Assembly (NCBI GenBank): GCA_002633005.1
Contig: NMRA01000093.1
Span: 109,762 to 173,761, forward strand
Source: Phoronis australis
Taxonomy: Eukaryota > Animalia > Phoronida
Direction of reading: 5' to 3'
Length of the DNA stretch: 64,000 nt
Of the stretch, positions 38,340 to 51,900 are shown one piece after another. How positions within the stretch are numbered: the first letter of the stretch is position 1; every line of letters starts with the position of its first letter. The notes below the pieces were generated by a model. That model was not told the DNA's origin. It saw nothing but the letters and a program-made list of their open reading frames with translations, and made no database searches. A program made the translations under genes and the position numbers.

Positions 38340-41030
38340 AGGAGCATGCCACCCAAAAACAACCTAATTTGTATCAATTTAGATCGAGTAGTTCTACTCC
38401 ATAACGACACCGAACGGACGGTTGCGTTACCTGACACCTGACGGTAGACGGAGGTGTTGAAATTATCCAATGACGTCATCGGTTTCACACGCAGTCTGTT
38501 GAGCAGTTCACAACACGGGTTACTGGTGTCAGCTTATCGCTTGAAGTCATCGTTTAACACCAATAAATCATCAAACGTCGATGTAAAACCCTTAAAAATA
38601 CACCGAGTTCTTATAAAAACATGTTGTTTTATTTCGCTCTTACGGATTTATTGGTATTTGGACACACCGTAGCCAACAAAGTTCGGCAGGCCAATAAGGT
38701 CCGTAGCAGGAGTTTTGGGTCTGTTCAGAGATAGTTTCGAAGTATTTTCCGTGAGATACAGACAGGAGAACCTAGATTTGTGTTGTTTAGACTTGTGACT
38801 TTTTGAGTTCTAATCACAAAACGATCGTTAGCCTGGCCAGTGGCTCGGAGCCCGACCAGGCCCGTCGCGGACGACCGGATTTCTTCAGTTGTTGACTGCA
38901 GTGATCGGTGATCCCCGCCAGTGGCTCGTACTAAAACTGATCAGACATCAGGAACATAAACCAGCCAAATTTCAGTGGAAACTAAACTTCCAGTCAAGAA
39001 AATACTATACTAGTGAGCCAAAATAATGTGCACCTGATTATATTGGTGAATTAGCCACGAAACTGCGAATCTACTTACTCGTCGGGGGCCGCGAATTCAG
39101 GTTCCGCTTTGGCCACAGCACCGTCAGGGCAGAAGTACATTGACAGTCATTATTTGAGTAATGTAAATGTAAATAAAGATTCCCCTAACACCTGGCCGTG
39201 GGATGAAAATCGAGTTGTTTCACAACAGTTTCTGCCAGCAAACACTAAATTAGCATGAGCTCACACGGCCATCAAGCGTCAATTAGTTTTATTGCACCTA
39301 AAGTCGGTAACGCAGTGATTTATTCATTGCTGGCTTCTCAAATCATTTGCACTCACGAACACTCCAAAGGCATTACAAATTGCATCTAATGAGACAGACT
39401 TTGTTTCAGTTTTATCTAAGTATTGGTTCAGTGGCGGATCTAGGATATCACAAGGGGGTGGCCCAATTTTTTGTTCGGCTGTAAGCATTTGCGCAAACCG
39501 AACCACGATTGTAGATGCGCATAGCACCGAAGTGGGGGGAGGTCGGGAGGGGAGTTTGCCCCCCTCAAGCCCAAGAAATTTTCCTGTTTTTACCTCTAAA
39601 AATCAAGCATTTTCCTTGATTCCTGAAGACAAAAAAAAAAAACGCAGAACGTGTCGAACAGAAAAAACTGCGAGAACCTAAGACTCGAACTCACGACCTG
39701 GCGGATACAGCGCGCGTGCGTTACCACTACACCACAACTTAACTACTAATCTGTTTCAAAGAAACCTACATATTTATGGTCCACAGCGTTTGCGCGCGAA
39801 ACCTACTTCTTTTTGTAATGCTTATTACACGTTTTATATTTTGTGACATCAATTCTTAACAAATTTGTCGTATTTAAAATAGTTCAAATCCGTTTTTCGT
39901 GTTGGCAATAATGACGGGATTGCTTTGGAAATCGTCTTAAGATAAGGTTTGACAAGGAGAGTAGGCCTATTGCGAGTTTCTGAGTGATTCACTAAGGCTT
40001 CGATTAAAATTCACATCTTACCAGCAGCTTCTGTTTTTTCATCGTCACTCAGGTTCCATTTTCTTTAAAAAATGAAGTAAATTTTCTTCATTGCACAATG
40101 GAGCAGACGAAGGAAACGGAGTCGTAGTGTGCAGCGTCACTGCCGGTCGCCTGGGATATCGCGTGGGAGAGCCTATACTTAGCCATAGTTCCGTTACGAA
40201 TGCGCCGTGTTCCGAATTTGACACTTGAAATTGGATTTGAGCCCCCCCCAACACTAAAACTGCACACATTTAAATCTTTTTTCATCCGTATAATTTTAAT
40301 TACCGGGGTTAATTAATAAACTCAACATTTCCATACGCTCTGTTTTATTTTTTTTGCGGCAGCCAAGGGGGGGGGGGGCGGGACCCCTGGGCCCCCCCTA
40401 AATCCGCCTATGTGGTTATGGTGAGAATAATTCATTTTGAAACAGAACGCTTAATAATAAACGCCAACATGGCAACTCGCAATCCCTACTTTCGGGTCGA
40501 GCTAAAGCTCATCAGTCCCAACTTCGCAGGTGGATCGTTAAGTTTTACAGGCTATCAATTCGAACAGGAATACAGTGATGAAGAAATACTAGAGAAGCGC
40601 CGTGAACAAGCTCAGACAACGGAACGTATGGAGTTATTTGGTAAGCCGGCATTCGTCAGGCACTGTCGACGTCTGCAGGCCAAAGACACGGAAATGTTTC
40701 ACGGCCTCATAGTTGCTATTTACAGCGTACTTTTCATTCTTCACTAACATGAGCCACTTCCTAAGCATTTCGGACTCTCGAGGAAGTAAAAAACGAAATA
40801 CCCGCTTTCCTCGCTGCTGCTTAGTTCGGACAAGCGGGAACGGTTCACCGCAACATAGCGGCATTCACTCTGCATATGAACCACTGACGTCGGCTAGCGT
40901 CGTTTCTCACCTTCCTCACAGGTTAACGCGACACCTCTTGGCAAGATAAGGTCGACCGTATGAGAGGCGATGTGGATACAAACCGATTAAGACGGCAAAA
41001 AAGACTAATTAAATCGGGTGGCATTCTACT
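38340..41030. mobile_element. Kolobok-like non-autonomous DNA transposon with TTAA TSD
   Basis: TTAA|AGGAGCATGCCACCC ... GGGTGGCATTCTACT|TTAA; removing it restores the host tandem unit; ORF remnant with YQFEQEYSDEE at ~40553. Confidence 0.8.
39429..40412 (+). mobile_element. hAT-like MITE nested in the Kolobok-like element
   Basis: TIR CAGTGGCGGATCTAGG / CCTAAATCCGCCTATG with TGGTT on both flanks; inverted homologue at 44330-45191. Confidence 0.75.
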
Positions 41031-41419
41031 TTAATCCCACGAAGATGTGTTTTGAAACGAGCGCTGTTCCGTTGGTAATTGAGATATACATGTATTTACA
41101 CTTCTGCAGTTTTAAAACTTTTTTACTTAAGGACTTAATCCCACGAACATGTGTTTTGAAATAAGCACTGTTCCGTTGGTAATTGAGATATACATGTATT
41201 TACATGTTCCGTTGGTGTTTTTTCTCCACATTTACCACTACTCCCACAAAACTTGACTTCCAACTAGATTTCATGCTTTAACAAGAGCAACCAAACGCAT
41301 TGAAACACATACATGGCTGCATGCAAATGGTATGTTTCTAGGGATGTTTATTAGTATTAAAAAGGACACAAGGTGCCATAGAGTACGTGGAGTGTGTCCG
41401 AAAATGGAAAGGGCTTGTT

Positions 41420-42850
41420 GTCGTCCTAATAAAAATTTATTTGCAAAATATCATGAAAATCTGTCCAGGAACTTTAAAGATACAGAGGGCAAATACAAAA
41501 ATTTGATACTATGAGGAACAGCAATAGTCAGATCCATCCGAAAGATGTCGTCATCTGTTGCAAGTTCATAGCCATGCACTTGTTGGATTTTGCAGAAGTT
41601 TAGGAATGTGACTAATAGGGGGCGAAACAGTAGATGGACCTGTTCGAAAATCAACATCAGTCATACTGTTGTCAGTACGAAAACTCAATTTTACAATCCT
41701 TTGAACAGTTTAGTGGCCAGAGAGACTGACTCGGAAATAAAAAATGGCACAGAAAATTCAATCCATCTGAAAATAGAAAGGGGTTTCTTAACAGAAACCA
41801 ACTTGCCAAATTTCATAAAAGTTTGTGATGGAACAGAGGTAAACGTAAAAAATAATAGTATTAACAAGAGGGGCACAACAGTTGTCGCCATCTGTTTTCA
41901 AATTCATAGAAGAACACTTTGACTTGTCAAATTTCACAAACATCCTGCAAGGGTATAAGAAGATGAAGCCGCTGATGCAAAAAAAACAACAAAATTGCCA
42001 CAAGAGGGCACTGCAATAGTTAAATCTGTCCAAAAATCTAATGTCAGCCATAGCCTTTTCAGCAGGAATACATCTGCCAATTTCCATAATGATCCTTGAA
42101 ACAGATTGGAAGAGAGGCCAACTCAAACACAATAAAGAATGGCAACTAGGTGGTGCAGAATACATCAAATCTATCCATAAATGTCCTTCATAGAAACCTG
42201 CTTGTCAAATTTCATCAAAATCTATCAAAGAACTTGGAAGATACACAAAAGAAATAAAATTGCCACTAGGGGGCACAGCGGTAGTCAGGTCTGTCTGAAA
42301 GTCGTCATCATCTGCAGTCACATTCATAAAAAACACTTCCCTAATTTCATGAAAATCCTCCAAGGGGTTAAGGAGATGCAGCTGTACACACAGAAAATGA
42401 ATTGCCGCTAGGGGGCACCACAAAAGCTGAGCTCACTCAAATATCAATGTCAGCCATAGCCTTTCCAGCAGGAACACATCTAGTAATTATCAAAACCATA
42501 CTGTCAGCATTCTGATGGATAGCAAGGAGGAGGCCAAAAACAGACGCCAAACTAAAAAATGTCACTAAGTGGTGCACACCACATTAAATTCGCCTGCAAA
42601 GGCATAAACATCTCTTTAATAAACACCAAATTTTGGGAAAATCCCTCGTGGACTTATGAAGATAGAGAGGTCAATGTAAAAACATTGAAACTGCCACTAG
42701 GGAGTACAGCAAAAGTTGGATCGGTCCGAAACTCGCTGTCACCTGTTGCCAGCTTCATAGGAACGCAACTATTTTTTAAAATCTCATTAAGATCCTGCAA
42801 GTGCTTAGAAGATGCAGTAGTGGACAGAAGAACAACCAAACTGAGATGAT
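41420..42850 (+). repeat. Older, diverged copy of the ~150-bp CCACTAGGGGGC repeat family
   Basis: tgccactagggggcac 42261, tgccgctagggggcac 42403, tgccacaagagggcac ~41996, and aatttcatgaaaatcc motifs. Confidence 0.7.
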
Positions 42851-42902
42851 GTACCCACATGTGAATTAGAGCACATAAACAGTGGAACGATTTAAGCGAT
42901 AG

Positions 42903-42908
42903 TTTATT
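42903..42908 (-). terminator. Candidate polyadenylation signal (AATAAA) for NOP14
   Basis: TTTATT on the + strand, 13 nt past the stop codon; whether it is used is unknown. Confidence 0.35.
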
Positions 42909-42921
42909 CAAGAATTCTTCA

Positions 42922-45900
42922 TCATTTCCCCTTTTTTCTCTTCATGGCTTTGAACTCTCCCTCCTGAGTAGATAACATGTGATGAATTTCTTGCACTTTG
43001 CGGTTTCTCTCAGCATCCCTGGAAAAAACAAATCAATTTCAACTTTTTAATTTCATAAATGTCTTTATACATGGTTTGCAGACATTTGCGAACAAAATTA
43101 CATGGCTCCATTATTTTTCAATAATTTTCTACTACAAGAAATCAATAAAAGAGTTTGTTACAATCAGTACACATTTATTACTAAAATAACATTTATTACA
43201 TTTATGCAGCAGTCACTCCACGGAGTACTGTAGTTCAAAACATGCAAACAACTAAAGTGCGATCATGCTCCAGGAATAGTCATGTTAAAAGTACAATTTT
43301 GCAACACAGCAGGGACAATCCCAATAACCAACACTGCAGGCAACTGGTTATTTCCAAGCATTTTGGGGCTACCCACTTATCAGGACATTTTCAAGGGCTA
43401 TTTGGGTGCCTTACTTTTATTTCTAAACAACACGGATGTAAAAGGGTTGAAAACGATAACCCATAATTACCTCTCAAGGGTCTCTGCCAGCTGATGTCTG
43501 GCCAAGAATTGGTTGTCTCTCTTAATTTCTCTTATTGCCCCTTTCATCTCTTTCTTGTGCCTGTGCAACAGGCGGCGCTGTTCATTTAACTCACGGTCAC
43601 CAGTATTCTTTTTCTTGCCGTCAAAACTGGAAATTAGCAGTACACAGACAGCTGTTAAATTTTTGTGAACAAGGACAACAAAAACTCATTAACAGATAAT
43701 CACCCAAAAAATTTACGTGCATCAAGTTTAACTTTCCATTCATCAACTTTTCATACAAGCCGCCATATACCACTGTACAAGTCAGTACAGCACACTTAGA
43801 TCAATGCTAACAGTGCGTTTATTCATAGAAAATGTGACTAATTGGTTCTAAATTTTGTATTATTTGACAAAAATTATATTTTCTTCGTTTCATAGTACAT
43901 TTTAAAGCTGTGTTTACATAAATTGGTCTGTTTTGTCACAGACAATGCCTATACATTCATATTTTGCCAATTGAAACTAAAATCAAATTTGCTGCTAACT
44001 GTCTCACACCAAAACCTATCTAATAACTCCCTCAATTATCAATAGGACGGCTGACCTGGCTTACACAGCAACAACTGAATCTTGCTGTATTTACCCACAA
44101 TGCTGGAATATCTGTCAGGCACTTTTGCAGGGCTCAACATTAGCTTTTTAAGCCACTTGCTCTTCGGGCAAGTAGTTGAAAATTTTACATGCCCGAACAA
44201 CAAATTCACTTGCCCCAAGTACAATCCCAAATAGCACCGTGCATGTGCACACCTAGGTAATTTGTTATCACAGGGCTCCCTGTGCTGAGCCTCCTCTTGT
44301 GTCGTGTATGCTATATACATGAGTTGCTATTAAATGTGTGCAGTTTTAGTGTGTTCGGGGGGGGGGCTCAGATCCAATTTCAAGTGTCAAATTCGGAACA
44401 CGGCGCAATCGTAACAGAACTATGGCTAAGTATAGGCTCTCCCGCGATATCTCAGATGACCGGCAGTGGCGCTGCGCACTACAACTCCGTTTCCGTCGTC
44501 TTGCTTCACTGTGCAATGAAGAAAATTACTTCATTTTTAAAGAAAATGGAATCTGAGTGAGGATGAAAAAACAGAAGCTGTTGGTAAGATGTGACTTTTA
44601 ATCGAAACCTTAGTGAATAACTCAGAAACTCATAATTCTCTCTTTGTCAAACCTTAACTTAAGACAATTTCCAAAGGCAATCGCCTCATTAATGCCAACA
44701 CAGAAAAACGGATTTGGTCTTTTGGGCAATTGAAGACTATTTTAAATACAACAAATTTGTTATGAAGTGATTGCACAAAATATAAAAAGTGTAATAAATA
44801 TTACAAAAAGAAGTACGTTTCGTGCGCAAACGCTGTGGACCATAAACAAGTAGGTCTCTTAGAATCAATGTGTGAGTGAAGTCGTGGAGGTGCAGTGGTA
44901 AAGCACGCGCATGCTATCCGCCAGGTCGTGAGTTCGAGTCTGATAAGTGCATTTTTTCAAGTTTAACACGTTCTCCTTCCCCCCCCCTTTATTCTTTGAT
45001 AATACTTCAGAAATCAAGGAAAGTGTTTGATTATAGAGGAAAAAAACAGAAAAATTTTCCTGGCGGGAGGGTGGCAAACCCCCTCCCGACCTCCCCCATT
45101 CGGTGCTATGAGCATCTACTATCGTGCTTTGTGCAAATGTTTACAGACAAAGTGTTGAGCCCCCCCTTGTGATATCCTAGATCTGCCACTGTTCTTATAG
45201 AACATTTATTTATAAGGTGTGTCAAAACACTAGAGAGACAAATTAGAAGAGTAATCTGAACCATTGTCTCACGTTCACAGGCGCTGAAATGAGCTAGGAC
45301 ATGAACTCTAGACACTTCTGTGTATTCATTAGTTTATACGCCCTCATGCATTAAACTTGAGTTGTTGCTTAACATGAATTTGAATTTTTGCTATCCGTAA
45401 AAAAATCTTACAAAGTCTTGGTCACCGGTACCTTGTATTAAATTAAAATTAAATTTTAACATATAATAATGCCACATATACTTTTATTTTCAATAAATAA
45501 TTACATTTTTGAAGAACAGATAGACCGCAAAAAAGTCACCCTTCAGCGACAATCCTGAAGACCGTATCGTATTCCTCTTCATTCGGGAGTCGCCACCGGG
45601 ATCCGGAAATTCATAAGAATTTCCTTTGGAATTCCCCCTGAATAAATACCAGGCCTTTAAAACTGCTGTGTAGTGTAGAAAATATGTGGCCAATCATATA
45701 CTTTTTAGCTTTTGCGCTTATCTGTATGACTTACATCCGCCGACGAACGCGGTGCTTCCAGCTGTACATGGGTAAACGCCGGCAAAAATCACACGTCATC
45801 CCTTGCTCACTGTCTCGCAGGCCAGGAAACCTAATTTCCCATGACGGAACCCATCCCCGCACTCTTTTCGTTTCATATTGTTATTTTTAGTGCTTTGATT

Positions 45901-48900
45901 CTTCCTGAACTCGTTTTTTAGCAACTTAACTAATGCCGTCCAGACCTGTCCTTGTTTGGTTGTTTTGCCAGAGTGCAGACGATCAGTAGCATCACGTGAC
46001 AACTTATTCAGAAACTGCAGGACACGTTCAGAGAATCGAAAGGATTTGACCGCAGGCGTCATCTGTGCACGCTGCATCACACTCGTTCTATTTTCCTTTC
46101 GGTGCTCATTCGAAGACAGGAGTTTCTTTGACGGCCACGGGCTTTTCGACGGTTTTTAGGCTTGTGTCGGGGTTCGTTACTTTGGAGCAAATGTCGAGCA
46201 GACAATCTTAGGATCTACTTGCCTATGCGGCCAGCTTTTTAACTTGCCCATCGGGCAAGTACTTTTCAAATTCCACTTGCCTGACGCAAAATCTACATGT
46301 ACACGGGCAATCGGGCAACCGTTAGTGTTGAGCCCTGTTTTGTATCATCATTAGAGTGCCACATGTTATTTGTTGCCGTATTTTTTACAAGTTTTTTCTC
46401 AGTTGCATTGTTCTATTTGCCCTTCCAATACCAACGGAGTATTACTGCTGTGCTGTGGGCTGCAACTCGACGGGAAGAACTTGAATAAACTTGAAAAATA
46501 TCTGTGGATGCTTGATGTACATGTATGTTCTTCAGCTCCCCGACATCAATCGAAAATAAGAAAATGGGATAAAGCAAGTTCGTCGGGTTAAATTTAAATG
46601 TAACAGAATCCCCTTTCTTGAAGATACCTTTTCAATTCCAGTACTTTTAAACGGTTGCAATCTGCAATATTTCTACAGCCATATGCCTCAACAGTTTTCA
46701 ACATGACCTGTGAAAATGTGCCCACATTCCAAACCTAGGCCAATGGAAACAATGCATTTTTTCTTACCTGCAGGACAAAGGAGAGTTCTAGCACTGAGTA
46801 ATCTGTGACGGCCATTTTATGTGTTTTAAAACTTATAATTCCAGATTGAAGAGAAAAATGCACTTCACATGAGTACGATGGAATGTCAGCCCAACACAGA
46901 AACAAGATTTAAATGAATGAAACCAACCTGTCGTCAAAACTCGGCTCATATAGTTTCAGTGGAAGAGGCCTTTTCTTCGCCTTAACCAGACATGGTCGTA
47001 CAACACCAGTTTGTTTGCTTGTACACTCTACCACGCGACTCACCAAGTCCTGCGAATACATTGATATCATACATTCAGATACAGCTGTTCAAGGCTTCTG
47101 CAAAGCATGTGGATGAGTAGAGAAGAGTCTGTAGACTGTGCCTCAGCTCTGTTTGAGGTCCGTGACCTGTTTCTTGTGGGTGTAACAGATAGTCGGTGAT
47201 TTATTTTTTTTAGGTGTGTAACCCGTGTTTTTTTCAGTCAGTAAACATGAATAGTTATTTTCATAAGTGTGGCAGCCCTGTAGCTCCTCTAACTTAATAC
47301 TCGTTCAGGTTACCACTCAGAGCTTGAAGTTACGAAGCAACTCACATAACAGAGTCTGACCACTAGATTCAGAGGTATTTGCGATTACGAATGTAGCCGC
47401 ACTAAACTTTTCTCTATTCTGGGCAAAGCCAGTCATGCAAAAGCAAAACGATAGGCACAGGTCATTCCGAAAGAAGGTCACGACCTTTGACAAGTGATCA
47501 TTACCTTTAATCTGGTTGGGTATTTATGTAATGGCAGTTTCTTGCACATGTCACAAACAGGGGCGAAGATCTCCCGATACGAAGGCAACTCTTCATAAAG
47601 ACTTGAAAACCTTTCAACAAGTTTCAGACAGGTATGGACAGCTTGCAGTCTGCAACCGAGAGATAAATTAAGGAGGTGAAACATGACGCAAAACTACTCA
47701 ACAAAAACAAATGACAGAATCCAGGAACAAATACATGTACGTCTAGACAGGTGTGACCAGTCACGAATAGAATATTGTGTTGTTAGTAAGGAAAATCAGG
47801 CAGCACCTATGATATGAATGTGCGCATGTGCGCTGTTGAATCACTCAGTCAAGACCAACATCTGAACGTGTTTTAAAACCATCTTGACTTCGTAATGAAA
47901 TTTTCAACAGACTAAAGCGTGAAACTAAATTGCCATAAGCTTTGTCCATCTAAAACACAGTCGACAAACAATCGCTTGTGCAGAAGTGGATTCACAAATG
48001 TAGACTACAATCGAACCTTTTTACAACATATGTCAGAGGGACCTTTGGAATTAAATGAACATTATAATCAGATGATAGTTCATTGTAACCAAGGAAGACT
48101 TTTTGACAGGGCATCTGCATCTTAAAGACTTAATCAGTGGTACAACATTTGGACGACGCTCTTCTTTGGGTTATATGCAGAGTATACATTAGGTATTGTA
48201 GTCACTCAGTATATCTAGTCCAAACTGACATGACCACTGACATTGGGTTTTTGAACCAACTATCATTCTGTTGCCATCATGCATTGCACCAAGGAACAAG
48301 CACGTCACTGTCTTGCGATTTTCAGAAGTCAACAAGTCATGTACTTATGCTGAGAGCACGGGTTCATTCCATAGATCAAGTGTGCAAGAGCAAGCAAGAC
48401 TGTACGAAATATTGGCATATTTTCAATCGGAGCATGTCATTTTGACTAGATATATTTCCCACGAGATTGCTATTCTCTGCCCAGAATTGTAAACAATAGG
48501 CTTTGTGGACAGGCAGTAATAGCTTGGCAATTGTCTCCATCCCATCTCCCATTCAATAATCAAAATACGCCTTAAATCGTCGAGTTTGCACACTTCAAAA
48601 TAAAGAACTAATCCTCTATGCCACTACAATGATAGTCTTGTGGTAAATGACCTCTCTTTACAATATCACAAACAAGTTTCATGAGATGTATGTTGGTACT
48701 TGTTGTCCTATGTAAATATCCTGATGATGTCTAACAGACAAAACGCTGATTTATCATGAACTTCTTCATTTGTGCGGCGATCGTCCAGTTTTTAATCGTA
48801 CTGTGGCCAAGAACTGATAAACAAAAGTTTCATGATAGTGCTTGCATTTGACAATAACATGCAACATTTCACTTTAGCGACTAGGCCAAACTTGGCTGTG

Positions 48901-51900
48901 AGTTTTAGTGCAATGTAAGCAGGAAGCAGTGAAAATGTTCAATCATTCTGGCTTTCAAGGTAAGACTGATAAGATTGGTTAAAAAGTGTGTTGCTTGGAA
49001 ATGGGTTTCTTCCAAGTTTAAAGAAGTGGTGAGGAGCTTTAGTATGTCTTTAAAAAATTTAAAAACTCGCCGACTGATTGTTTGAATACAGCGTGCAGTA
49101 AAGTTGGTGGAGAATGATCTCCGTGGAGGAAAGACATTTAAACTTCAATGCCAATATGGTTTTAGGCGAGGAGGCAGTGTGGTCTAGTGTTATGGTGCCC
49201 GCTTTCTTTACTCGAGGTCGTGGGTTCGAGTCCCACTGGGCCACACTGCTGGACCCTTGAGTCAGACCTCTAGCTCCTCAGCTCGGTTTTAATAATGCAC
49301 AAAAATATTTCCAGGTGATCAGTGCAATGGGCCCACATGCGCGACCTGCACATGTCTGGTACGTGTACCAGACCACCTGCAATTATTTTTTTTATGGTTT
49401 AGGCTCTTAAAATTCAGCTTGAAAATCCTATTACAACATGACTGACTTTTATAACCTTTCAAACTATAGCATTACCCACCTGAAACTGTCAACATCAGTA
49501 ATACGACCAGTATCCATTAATGTATCCCTGACACTTAGTGGACAACTGAAATCACTCTCGGCCATTTCAGACTTGTCCGATTGAACCAGCAACAGGTCAA
49601 AACCAGCACCGTTGGCTTTGAGACGTGGAAGGGCAGGTGCAGCTGAAATTATACCCAAATTGCATGGATTTGTGATAGTATACTTATATACCCGCAGTTC
49701 AATAAAGACTTGAAAGAAGGGATATCAGTATGCTTGGACCTAGAAACTAGAGTTTGAGGGGAAAGGCAGGATGAGCAAAAATCTACATGAAGCAAACATG
49801 GGACAGTGAGAAATATAATCATGGGGCAAGTGGCATAGGATATATTATTTAAAGCGGCCCAAGCTAACTTTTAAATCTGAACCGTGAATAGTAATAGCTG
49901 GAAAATTTGATGACCCATTCTAACCTCTAACCACGAACTTGATCACTAATTCAACTTAAAACTTTAAGTACTAACAACTTATGATGAATATTATTAATTT
50001 TGTACACTAATAAGTCTTATAGTTTACACAGCACAGTATTTATTAAGCTACTCATTTTGATCTATATCACTTTGAAAAGGAGTGGTACAAGTTTGAATTT
50101 GAATTAAACACCTTGAGTTTAAACACAGTAAAGGAGTTTGAATTCTAAGGTCATAAAGTGCAAACTGGGATTATGCACTCATTTGCATAAACCGTAATGT
50201 ACTCATACAGTACAAAACTCAAGGACATTTACCTCAAATTCAAACTTAAGGGAAAATGGAAGAGTAGGCACACATTTTGTAGTTGGTCCTACCTGAGAAG
50301 TGACGAAATTACAATGCCACCGGTCAGCAATCTAATTGTGCTGAGTTTGCTTAGTGTTATGTGTCTGTGATTCACTTACTTTGCCATGATTTCTCTTTAG
50401 TGGATGCAAGATAGAGCAGACCTTGCAGAAAGTTGACCACTTCGGGTGCAAACTTTTTAGAAAACGACAGATACTATAAAATAGCAAAGTAATAACTTAC
50501 AACATGTTCTTAAACCTGCAGCATTAGGATTACACTCAAAACAAACTGAATAAATGCACATTCTACATAAATCAGAAGACAAAAATCAAAAAAAAAGCCA
50601 ACATCTTTCACAAATGAGGACAGAATATTTTTAGCAACACTGTGCATTCCTTAAGGATAGAACAGTTTGAGGTCAGAGTGTCAAATTTATAGGTCAGAGG
50701 TCACTGTTTACATACCTTAAGCAAAGATTTCTCACCTCAAAGGCATCACGAGTGTTTTGATCAACCACCTTAGGGGCTATTTTGCTAAGGCATGCTAGTA
50801 AAGTGCTGGACATACTCACAAAACACCCCGCTTTCACTGAATTGATTTTACGTGATTATTGTGTCTATGGAACACACCCCGAGGGCAAGTTTTCAGAAAT
50901 AGTGCATATTACACGTTTCAGTAGGCACTGACTATTAACTTCACCTACTTTTTGGCCACAGAACCAATCTATTCCCCATTTGACAGAGCCCCATTGCTTA
51001 AACCTGCAGCGTTAGGACCACAGAAGCTTACTGAGTTGAGACTCAGCAATAGCAAACTCACTGCAGCTCTTATCAAGTCGAGTTCTAGTATGAGTGAAGT
51101 AAAAGTCAATGCTAGTTTTACCAAATATGAGTTTATTTATGTCATGCACCAATATGTGAATTAGGCATGACATATTTGAAATAGCAAGTTAGAGAATTTT
51201 GATTTACTATTTACAAAATGATAGATGATGTCATACACACAACAGTACCACTTTGAGACAGATATTTATGGTTAATGTAAACATTCATAAGAAGACTTAT
51301 TTGAGATTTACCTCAAGAAACAGTGTACAGATAAACAGGCCGGATGCCACGTCTTGAAGACTGTTGACGGTACACTGAAAAAGCACAACAAAGGAACAGC
51401 AGTAGAATGAATGTGTAGGACAATAAAGAAGAGCAGAAACTCACAACTTTATAAACTACAAAACTTTAGAATTATTGAACAAATTACTTCACCCTTAAAG
51501 TAATGTGAAAAACTGGTCAGGTGCTTTGCAAAAGCTGGAAGACATAGTGAATATTAGTTCTACAGTAGTTTTCCAAATATGTTGGACAATGTTAAAACTC
51601 AACAAAGTTTTGACGCACATTTCTTTTCTAGCAGACCAGTCAGTTTCAATTCTGCTTAAATCTCGTCAAAACCTTGACAGAGGTTGTTGAAATCACAACA
51701 ACTTATTTTGCTCAAATACATTCACAAGTAAACAATTAGTGGTCAGGCACAATAACACTGCATTAAACTATGACTAACGTTCCACTAAAATGCCAAATTG
51801 CGGCAAAACTTAAATCTAAACTTCCAAATAACTATGACAACCAATTTGTCATAGTTTGGTGGTCTAACAGAGTTCTGCTAAAGTCTGTCCACTTTACACG

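Larger units (their letters stand above)
38173..41215. repeat. ~104-bp tandem repeat (about 3.4 units) interrupted by the Kolobok-like insertion
   Basis: The unit taattgagatatacatgtatttacacttctgcag...gttccgttgg starts at 38173, 38277, 41076 and 41180; the second unit is split at TTAA. Confidence 0.85.

Noticed and set aside
33700-42900. Biosynthetic gene cluster partners next to the PKS
   Set aside because: Only repeats were found; the neighbour is the housekeeping gene NOP14, so there is no evidence of a cluster in this window
49164-49245. tRNA gene
   Set aside because: A/B boxes are present but there is no proper cloverleaf, and the sequence continues into a SINE-like body
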